Below, one piece after another: positions 7,620 through 14,643 of a stretch of 64,000 bases of DNA. Both the position numbers and the translations under genes were made by a program. Position 1 is the stretch's first letter. Each line of letters begins with the position of its first letter. The DNA comes from a virus, in IMG/VR virus record IMGVR_UViG_3300022217_000231, positions 1,779 through 65,778 of that record; one strand, 5' to 3'. A model generated the notes under the pieces. The model was not told where the DNA came from and did not search any database. It was given only the letters and a program-made list of their open reading frames with translations.

Positions 7620-9260
7620 ATGAATATACCAAATACCTCTCAAATAGATCCACATTCAATACCATTCAATACTCCTCTACCTGGAAGTTTAAAAGAATTA
7701 CCTAGGTGGGCGACTTATCAGGGAAATAAACTGATCAAGAAGTCAAATGTAAAAATTCAATTTGAAGAATGGCAAATTGAGGAGATAGCTAAATGTGTAA
7801 ATGATGTAACTTATTTTGTTGAAAATTTTGTATATATAATTTCTCCAGATAAAGGAAAACATTTAATTGAATTATATGATATACAATATGATTATTTAAG
7901 ACATTTAGATGATAATCGATTTAGTATTGTCATGGCAAGTAGACAAGTAGGAAAATCTACATGTTGTGCTATATATGTATTGTGGTATATTTTATTTAAA
8001 AGTCAACAAAAAGCTGTCATTATAGCTAATAAGGAAAAAATAGCCAAGGACATCTTCCAAAAGGTAAGAATTGCCTATGAGCAACTTCCAATATGGTTAC
8101 AAATAGGAGTAAAAGAATGGGCTAAAACATCTTGTGTTTTAGAAAATGGTAGTTCTTGTTCATGTGAAGCTACTACAGAAGATGGTATGCGTGGAATTAC
8201 AGGATCCTTGATAATTCTAGATGAATATGCGTTTATCAAAAAAAATATTGCCGATGAATTCTATACTAGTATGTATCCTGTCATCACTTCTAGTAAATCT
8301 TCTAAGCTTGTAATTGTAAGTACGCCCAAGGGACTGAATCATTTCCATCATATGTGGAAAGCTGCTATTAATAAAATTAGTACATTTGCTCATTTTTTAA
8401 TGTTATGGAGTCAAATACCTGGTAGAGATGAAGAGTGGAAAGAAGAAACTATAAAAAATATTGGGGAGCGTAGATGGCGTCAAGAATTTTCGTGTGAGTT
8501 TTTAGGGTCATCTAAAACTTTAATACAGCCAGAATCTTTAGAAGCATTTACCTCATTAGACCCTATAGAAACTAAATATGATGGTTATTTTAAAATATAT
8601 AAGAAACCTATTAAGAATCACCAATATGTAGTAGGTGGAGATATCGCTAAAGGCACAGGTGGCGATTACTCTACTGCACAAGTTTTAGATATAACTACAT
8701 TTCCAGTTAAACAAGTCGCTGTATATAGAAATAATACAATTGGAACTAGAGCATTTGCTAATTTGATAGTAGATATTTGTGAAATGTATAACGACTCATA
8801 TCTCATGTTAGAAAACAACGATATCGGACATGGTGTAGTTGACTTAGTTTGGCGAGATATAGAATACGAAAATCTTGTAAATTTTAGTTATGACAAAAAG
8901 AATAAAGCTGAAATAGGTATACGTTCTACTAAAAAATCTAAATCCGTAGGGTGTGATCTATTAAAAGAAATGATTGAAGAAAATAAAGTAGAAATTATAG
9001 ATGCTGACACTATATATGAGTTATCAAATTTTACAGAATTTAGGGAAGGAATTTTTAAAGCGGCAGATGGAGAACATGATGATTTAGTTATGGCTTTATT
9101 ATGGGTATTGTTCGTTTTTAAAACAGAATGGGTCGATAAAGATGAAATGTTAATAATTGAAAAGGTTGAAGAAAGAGAAGAGGAAGAACCAGTAGATCCG
9201 GTATTAGGAGATGAAGCACAAGATAAAGAAATAATGAGTTTAAATTGGACAGCAATATAA
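7620..9260 (+). CDS. gp17: Terminase large subunit (T4 gp17-like)
   Basis: Q motif (L...Q), Walker A SRQVGKST, Walker B LIILDEYAF, VSTPKG coupling motif, RNase H-like GGDIAKG.G.DYS and HDDLVMAL. Confidence 0.97.
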   Translation: MNIPNTSQIDPHSIPFNTPLPGSLKELPRWATYQGNKLIKKSNVKIQFEEWQIEEIAKCVNDVTYFVENFVYIISPDKGKHLIELYDIQYDYLRHLDDNRFSIVMASRQVGKSTCCAIYVLWYILFKSQQKAVIIANKEKIAKDIFQKVRIAYEQLPIWLQIGVKEWAKTSCVLENGSSCSCEATTEDGMRGITGSLIILDEYAFIKKNIADEFYTSMYPVITSSKSSKLVIVSTPKGLNHFHHMWKAAINKISTFAHFLMLWSQIPGRDEEWKEETIKNIGERRWRQEFSCEFLGSSKTLIQPESLEAFTSLDPIETKYDGYFKIYKKPIKNHQYVVGGDIAKGTGGDYSTAQVLDITTFPVKQVAVYRNNTIGTRAFANLIVDICEMYNDSYLMLENNDIGHGVVDLVWRDIEYENLVNFSYDKKNKAEIGIRSTKKSKSVGCDLLKEMIEENKVEIIDADTIYELSNFTEFREGIFKAADGEHDDLVMALLWVLFVFKTEWVDKDEMLIIEKVEEREEEEPVDPVLGDEAQDKEIMSLNWTAI

Positions 9261-9328
9261 AAAATTGAAAAAGTAAAAATTAATTTATATAAATAATTAA
9301 AATAAATATAAGGAGAATTTTTTATAGA

Positions 9329-9604
9329 ATGGATATATTAGATAAAATTAATGAAAAACTAAATAAGGAAGTAATTAGAGAAGGCAAGCCCAGTCATCAA
9401 ATAGAATCAAAGGATTTGATTAATTATAAATTGAAACAAATTATAGCCAGATCTATCAGTGGAGAAAAACTTAGTAAAGCATTATTTTTTAATTATAATT
9501 TTAAAGATGGTTCATTTATTACAGTAGAAAAAAATAAGAAAGAAATTGGAAGATTTAAGGAAAAAGATTCTAATAAAGCAATAGAATTATATAATTCTAT
9601 TTAG
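9329..9604 (+). CDS. Small protein with MDILDKINEKLNKEVIRE leader
   Basis: Late promoter at 9288-9295 and AAGGAG RBS; shared leader. Confidence 0.6.
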   Translation: MDILDKINEKLNKEVIREGKPSHQIESKDLINYKLKQIIARSISGEKLSKALFFNYNFKDGSFITVEKNKKEIGRFKEKDSNKAIELYNSI

Positions 9605-9814
9605 AGAAAAAGATAGATATTTATCGCATTTAAATGAAGCCCAAGATCTAAATGAATTAGGAGCTACTTGTGAATGGTTAGATGAATATCATTATAATCC
9701 TAGTAAAATAAAGAAATTATACCATGAAGGAGAACACCCAGAAGGGTGGATAAATAAAAGATTAAAAAGATAAATATAAATAATTAAAAAGAAGATTTAA
9801 AGGAGATAAATAAA

Positions 9815-11452
9815 ATGCCAGGTGTTCAACTTAGCCCAGGTGTAAAAATCACTGAGGAAGATCAAAGTACTAGAATATCGCCAGCTGCTGTTTCAATTGG
9901 TGTATATGTAGGTCGTAGCATTAAAGGTCCAGTTTGGAGTCAGACACTTGTTACAAATGAAAGGGAATTTGCAGAATTGTTCGGTGATCCAACTGATGAT
10001 AATTATGAAGATTTTTTCACAGCTGCTGGATTTTTAACTTATGGTAATACATTATATTACACAAGAGTTGTAGATGCTGCAACTGCACAAAATGCTCAAA
10101 TTGATGTTACTACAACATCTGCATCTGCGGGTACTGGAGATTATATTGCAGATTGGGAAGATTATACACCAAGTTTTGGCGGAACTGATAAATTTCAATT
10201 CTTTGCTAAATATCCAGGTGCATATGGAAATACAGAATTTAAATTAGTACTGATTAATAATACCGATTGGGCTAATATTTCTACAGTTGCAGCTGTTTCT
10301 GCGTATGAATCAGATGTTGATACTGGACCAAGCACTACAGATGAATCAGTTATTTTAGTCTATGTTAAAAATGTAGATGGTGATTATGAATACCAAGAAC
10401 AATGGTTAGTATCAGATACTGCGGGAACTAAAGATAATTTTGGTAACAATATTTACATCAATGAAAGAATTAATAGAGGGTCAAAGTATATATTAGCCTT
10501 TAATAATACTAGTACCTCAGGCGAACCTGAGTCATTTGGTCAATTATTACCAGCAGGTGGTGTAGATGGAACAGAAAATGAAAGTGATATTGTAGATGGG
10601 TATGCATTATATGATAATCCTGAAGATATATCAATTAATTATGTTATCGGTGGTAGTCATACAGTGGTAGCTACTCAAAGTAGTTTAATCACTCTAGCCG
10701 ATGTAACAAGAGCAGATTGTATAGCAATCTTAGATGTTCCAAAAACCGATGTAGTTAATATAGCTAATCAAAGCACAGCTATTAGTAATGTAGTTGATTT
10801 TAGAAAGAACGAACTAAATGCTAATGCCAAAAGAGCTGCTCTGTACGCCAATTGGCTGAACATTTACGACAAATATTCGGATGTATATAGATGGGTACCT
10901 TGCTCTGGATATGTAGCTGGTATTTATGCCCATAGTGCTAATGTAACAGATGCTTGGAGGGCACCTGCTGGGTTAAATAGAGGAATACTTAATAATATTG
11001 TTAGAGTAGCAATTAATCCTAATTTAGCACAAAGAGATACTTTATATAAAAATCAAATAAATAGTATAGTTAAATTCCCTGGACAAGGTACAGTAGTGTG
11101 GGGGCAAAAGACTTTATTATCAAAACCTTCTAGCTTTGATCGAGTGAACGTGGTGAACTTGTTTAATTATTTGGAATCTTCTATAAAAGTGAGTGCGAAA
11201 TATGTTACATTCGAACCGAATGATGATTTAACAGTTGCAATGTATAGAAATATGGTTGAACCATTCTTAGATGACGTAGTTGGTCGTAGAGGAATTGTAG
11301 AATATGTCTTAGAATTTGATAGAGATCCCGAACTTATCGAGAATAATCGATTTGTTGTTAGGCATTTTATAAAGCCAACAAAGGCTGCTGAATTTATTCA
11401 GCTAATATTTATCAGTTCGCGACAGGATGCAAATTTTAGTGAAATAGGATAA
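9815..11452 (+). CDS. gp18: Tail sheath protein (T4 gp18-like)
   Basis: SPGV...E.D.S; W.APAG.NRG; RD.LY...IN.I..FPGQG...WG.KT.......FDR.NV..LF; IKPT...EFI.L.F; late promoter at 9775. Confidence 0.97.
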   Translation: MPGVQLSPGVKITEEDQSTRISPAAVSIGVYVGRSIKGPVWSQTLVTNEREFAELFGDPTDDNYEDFFTAAGFLTYGNTLYYTRVVDAATAQNAQIDVTTTSASAGTGDYIADWEDYTPSFGGTDKFQFFAKYPGAYGNTEFKLVLINNTDWANISTVAAVSAYESDVDTGPSTTDESVILVYVKNVDGDYEYQEQWLVSDTAGTKDNFGNNIYINERINRGSKYILAFNNTSTSGEPESFGQLLPAGGVDGTENESDIVDGYALYDNPEDISINYVIGGSHTVVATQSSLITLADVTRADCIAILDVPKTDVVNIANQSTAISNVVDFRKNELNANAKRAALYANWLNIYDKYSDVYRWVPCSGYVAGIYAHSANVTDAWRAPAGLNRGILNNIVRVAINPNLAQRDTLYKNQINSIVKFPGQGTVVWGQKTLLSKPSSFDRVNVVNLFNYLESSIKVSAKYVTFEPNDDLTVAMYRNMVEPFLDDVVGRRGIVEYVLEFDRDPELIENNRFVVRHFIKPTKAAEFIQLIFISSRQDANFSEIG

Positions 11453-11462
11453 ACTTTAACTT

Positions 11463-11537
11463 ATAATTTAATAACGAGGACAGCGATTGATCCCGTTGGA
11501 ATTACTTCGTTTAATTCCTTACTCGTTATTAAATTAT
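11463..11537 (+). ncRNA. Candidate structured RNA, three-way-junction motif copy B
   Basis: P1 16-bp ATAATTTAATAACGAG/CTCGTTATTAAATTAT, GA, P2 CAGCG/CGTTG (one G-U), P3 GAATTA/TAATTC, CTTA. Confidence 0.65.
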
Positions 11538-11563
11538 TATAAATAATTAAAAAAGAGGATTTG

Positions 11564-11784
11564 ATGGATATATTAAATAAAATAGATAATATTTTAAATG
11601 AAAAATCTAAAAGACCAGAATTAAAAAAGGAAACTATGTTACTTATAGATCTGGAACTAAATATGAAGGTGAAAGTGGAATAGTTGTTAGTAAAGAAACT
11701 ACTGGTAATTATACTCTTAAAATGGATGATGGTAGTAAAATAACAGAAGTCCCTAGAGATGATTTAATTTTAAATAAAAAATAA
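11564..11784 (+). CDS. Leader-family protein with SH3/KOW-like domain reached by a -1 shift at A-AAA-AAG (11623-11629)
   Basis: 0-frame MDILNKIDNILNEKSKRPELKK stops at 11683; -1 frame KKGNYVTYRSGTKYEGESGIVV...YTLKMDDGSKITEVPRDDL stays open to 11784. Confidence 0.55.
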
Positions 11785-11801
11785 TTAAAAGAAGAATTAA
11801 T

Positions 11802-12041
11802 ATTGATATATTAAAGAAAATAGATAATATTTTAAATGAAAAATTAAAAACTATGACAGATCATGCCAATGCTATATTAGATATATATGAAAAAATGGCA
11901 GCAAAGGGGGATCCTAAATCAATAGATTTTAAAGATATGTATTTAGATTATGCGGGGTTTCACCGTTTAGTTCCTAAAGATTTAAAGGCTGAAATTAAAA
12001 AACAAGTAAAAGAAAGAAAAATTAAAGTAAGATTAAGTTAG
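11802..12041 (+). CDS. Leader-family small protein (ATT-started extension of ORF 11853-12041)
   Basis: In-frame ATT-GAT-ATA-TTA-AAG-AAA-ATA-GAT-AAT-ATT-TTA-AAT-GAA reproduces the (M)DILxKIDNILNE leader. Confidence 0.5.
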   Translation: MDILKKIDNILNEKLKTMTDHANAILDIYEKMAAKGDPKSIDFKDMYLDYAGFHRLVPKDLKAEIKKQVKERKIKVRLS

Positions 12042-12058
12042 TAATAAAAAATAAACTT

Positions 12059-12106
12059 TGGCGGGGACAGCCACTAGGTTGGGAATGCCTCCTCCCTTAC
12101 CCGTCA
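12059..12106 (+). ncRNA. Candidate structured RNA, three-way-junction motif copy C
   Basis: P1 TGGCGGG/CCCGTCA (one G-U), GA, P2 CAGC/GTTG (one G-U), P3 GGA/TCC, CTTA; GC-rich island in AT-rich DNA. Confidence 0.6.
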
Positions 12107-12118
12107 CATATAAAAAAA

Positions 12119-12295
12119 ATGAATGTACCAGGAAAAATAAAAAAGAAAAAATTAAAAAAGAATAAACCTCATAAATTAGATAAATGTAATTTAAAATTTA
12201 AAATATGTGGTGCTACTATTGATCCTGATAATATTACATTTGATATTATGATTAGTAAAAGAGGCTATGAATTTATATATAAGGAAGGAAAATAG
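12119..12295 (+). CDS. 58-aa basic hypothetical protein (not in ORF track)
   Basis: MNVPGKIKKKKLKKNKPHK...YKEGK*; stop directly abuts the ATG at 12296. Confidence 0.4.
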   Translation: MNVPGKIKKKKLKKNKPHKLDKCNLKFKICGATIDPDNITFDIMISKRGYEFIYKEGK

Positions 12296-12553
12296 ATGGA
12301 TATAATAGATAAAATTAATGAAAAATTAAATGATGAAGTAATTGAAGAAAGTAAGACTTTGAAGTTTGCGGAATTTTTAAAAAATGATGCTACTTTTTAT
12401 GAATATAAACCTATACTTCAAGCTATCATAATTGGGTTGATGAGAGGCGGGGATGCTATAGGTGGCGAAGTGAGTAAAGATATGGACAAAGCCGCTAAAA
12501 AGATAGATGAGGCCGTAACATTAATTAATAAAGCATTAGTAAAATTTAAATAA
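12296..12553 (+). CDS. Leader-family small protein (MDIIDKINEKLNDEVIEE)
   Basis: Shared leader; AAGGAAGG RBS. Confidence 0.6.
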   Translation: MDIIDKINEKLNDEVIEESKTLKFAEFLKNDATFYEYKPILQAIIIGLMRGGDAIGGEVSKDMDKAAKKIDEAVTLINKALVKFK

Positions 12554-12560
12554 GAGAAAT

Positions 12561-12806
12561 ATGAATATTATAGATAAAATTAATGATAAGTTGAATGAGG
12601 AAGTAATAGAAGAAGCATCCATTGGTAAAAATTTTGCAGGTCTTGTGGAGTTAGTGCGTAGAGCAGAAAAAATTTCAAGAAGTACGGGTGTACTATATAA
12701 TCAATTTCATAAAGAAGGCGATAAATTAAAAGAAATGGGCATATTAATAAAAGCTAATGAGTCTATTAAAAAGGCCCAAGATTTATTAAATAAAATAGGA
12801 GTTTAA
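12561..12806 (+). CDS. Leader-family small protein (MNIIDKINDKLNEEVIEE)
   Basis: Shared leader. Confidence 0.6.
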   Translation: MNIIDKINDKLNEEVIEEASIGKNFAGLVELVRRAEKISRSTGVLYNQFHKEGDKLKEMGILIKANESIKKAQDLLNKIGV

Positions 12807-12812
12807 AATATA

Positions 12813-13322
12813 ATGGCATTTTCAGTAAATGATTTTAGATCAAAAGTTAGAGATTTGGCCAAGAATTATATGTTCGAGGTGGAAATCGTGTTCCCCGTAG
12901 CTATAGGTTCATCCGATCTAGTTAACATACTAGCACAATCTACTAGTATTCCAGGTAGAACTGCAGAAGCGATAGATGCACCATTCATGTCACAACAATA
13001 TAAATTGGCAGGTGGAATTACATATGATCCATGGACAGTGACATTTAGAGTAGATGATAATTATGATATCTATAAAAAATTTAGAGCATGGTCAGAATTA
13101 ATAAAAGGAACAGAATCTAATATTGCAGCATTCCCAGCGCAATATAAGGCCCGTCCGGCAATTTTTCAGCTAGATAATTCTGGTAATAGACTTAATAAAA
13201 TTACATTGATTGGAGCATGGCCAAGTGTAGTTGCTGAAATAGCAGTCGATACTACAACTTCTGACATCCAAAATTTCGACGTTACTTTCGAAATGGATTC
13301 GAATATTTTCTCAGTAGAATAA
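12813..13322 (+). CDS. gp19: Tail tube protein (T4 gp19-like)
   Basis: F.S....LA....FEV; .Q.T.IPG......I..PF......AG...YD.WTVTF..D....I...F..W; QLD..G...K...L.G.WP..V..I..D......I..F.VTF..D. Confidence 0.93.
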   Translation: MAFSVNDFRSKVRDLAKNYMFEVEIVFPVAIGSSDLVNILAQSTSIPGRTAEAIDAPFMSQQYKLAGGITYDPWTVTFRVDDNYDIYKKFRAWSELIKGTESNIAAFPAQYKARPAIFQLDNSGNRLNKITLIGAWPSVVAEIAVDTTTSDIQNFDVTFEMDSNIFSVE

Positions 13323-13347
13323 TATAAAGGATAAAAAAAGAATATAA

Positions 13348-13566
13348 TTGAATGATGATGTGATTGAAGAAGCTAGATCAGCTAAACTAGAAATAGAATT
13401 TTATGCTGGTAACAATCCCAAAAAAGTTTTAGATTTTATATCAAATGATCTAGAAACAGTTATATTTGATAATTTTGAAACTGATATAGAAGAGTTTAAA
13501 GATACTTATCCTAAAGATACACCAAGTAAATATAAAGCTAAAATAGAAGTAATACAAATAAAATAA
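13348..13566 (+). CDS. Small protein with truncated leader (LNDDVIEE)
   Basis: TTG start; retains the 3' half of the LN.EVIEE leader. Confidence 0.45.
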   Translation: MNDDVIEEARSAKLEIEFYAGNNPKKVLDFISNDLETVIFDNFETDIEEFKDTYPKDTPSKYKAKIEVIQIK

Positions 13567-13570
13567 AAGG

Positions 13571-13591
13571 GAGGGTAATTAAATTACCCTC
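13571..13591. terminator. Hairpin terminator (U-tract on minus strand)
   Basis: GAGGGTAAT-taa-ATTACCCTC; minus strand followed by CCTTTTATTT. Confidence 0.65.
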
Positions 13592-13690
13592 ACAGCTCCT
13601 TCCGCATGTAACACCCTAGATTGAATACTCCTTGTAAAATAATCATACCATAAATTAAATTATCAAACTAAAATTCAGGAGGATTGTCTA

Positions 13691-14464
13691 ATGTCTGATA
13701 TAGACAAACTATTAAAACAAGTTCAAGAAGAAACTTATACGTTCAAAATACCTTTATTGAGTGATAAAAATCAAGAAGTAGAAATAAGAACAATTAAAAC
13801 AAAAGATCAAAAGAGTTTAACTGTAGAATCACAAGAAGTTAAAAATGACATAGACAAGCTAGTCTTGCTTTTAAAACTTTTAGATAAATGTATAGTAAAA
13901 AATTCTAAACCATTGGGGGATATGTTATTTGAAGATTTTCTATGGTTATTAATAAAACTTAGATCTAAATCATTTGGGGAAGAAATTACATTAAAATCAA
14001 ATTGTAAACATTGTACATATGATAATAATACAGTCACTATAAATTTAGAAAAAGATATTATTATAAATTATTTAGAAAATTTACAAAATAAACCTATTCA
14101 ATTAACTCCATCTATAACACTTTCTTTAGGGTTTATAACTGTAAATGAAGCTCTAGAAATTTTAAAATTTGAATTAGAAGAAGATAAAACTATTGCTACA
14201 TTTGCTACAATGATAAAACAAATTGAATTGAATGAAGAAATTTTAGATATTAATTTGCTAGAAGAAAAAATGTTATTTTTAGAAGAATTATCAGAAACTG
14301 ATTTAGAAAAATTTATGACATTTTTAGAAAATAATGAATTTGGACTTAATATAAAAACTTCATTCAATTGCGGCGGTAAAATAATAGAAGGTAAAGAAAA
14401 TAATGGTTGTGGAAGAAGTAATGAAGTAGAATTAAATGGATTTGAAATAATAAGTTTTTTTTAA
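13691..14464 (+). CDS. gp26: Baseplate hub / assembly protein (T4 gp26-like)
   Basis: Y...IP......V..R....KD.K.L; D..WL.IKLRSKS.GE.I.L...C..C; C-terminal C..C...N.V.L.G...FF. Confidence 0.8.
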   Translation: MSDIDKLLKQVQEETYTFKIPLLSDKNQEVEIRTIKTKDQKSLTVESQEVKNDIDKLVLLLKLLDKCIVKNSKPLGDMLFEDFLWLLIKLRSKSFGEEITLKSNCKHCTYDNNTVTINLEKDIIINYLENLQNKPIQLTPSITLSLGFITVNEALEILKFELEEDKTIATFATMIKQIELNEEILDINLLEEKMLFLEELSETDLEKFMTFLENNEFGLNIKTSFNCGGKIIEGKENNGCGRSNEVELNGFEIISFF

Positions 14465-14631
14465 ATATTGTTTGCAATTATGAACTTGAAGATATTTTAT
14501 CAGAAATATTTTATTTAACTTATTATACAAATTTAACACCTGAATACATAGAAAATATGCCTTTGTGGGAAAGAGAATTTCATATATATTCATTAATTAA
14601 TAAATTAAAAAAAGAACAAGAAGAGAATTAA
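14461..14631 (+). CDS. gp51: gp51-like baseplate hub assembly domain in the -1 frame, no own start codon
   Basis: LNIVCNYELEDILSEIFYLTYY..L....IENMPLWERE.....L...LK.EQEE; ENM..WER motif typical of gp51; reachable only via the T8 run at 14455-14462. Confidence 0.7.
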   Translation, partial: LNIVCNYELEDILSEIFYLTYYTNLTPEYIENMPLWEREFHIYSLINKLKKEQEEN

Positions 14632-14643
14632 AGAAGAGTAAAA

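Noticed and set aside
7187-12106. Three-way-junction motif as a hammerhead, HDV, twister ribozyme or tRNA
   Set aside because: It lacks CUGANGA/GAAA, a double pseudoknot or cloverleaf/TΨC/CCA features. It is kept as an unassigned motif.
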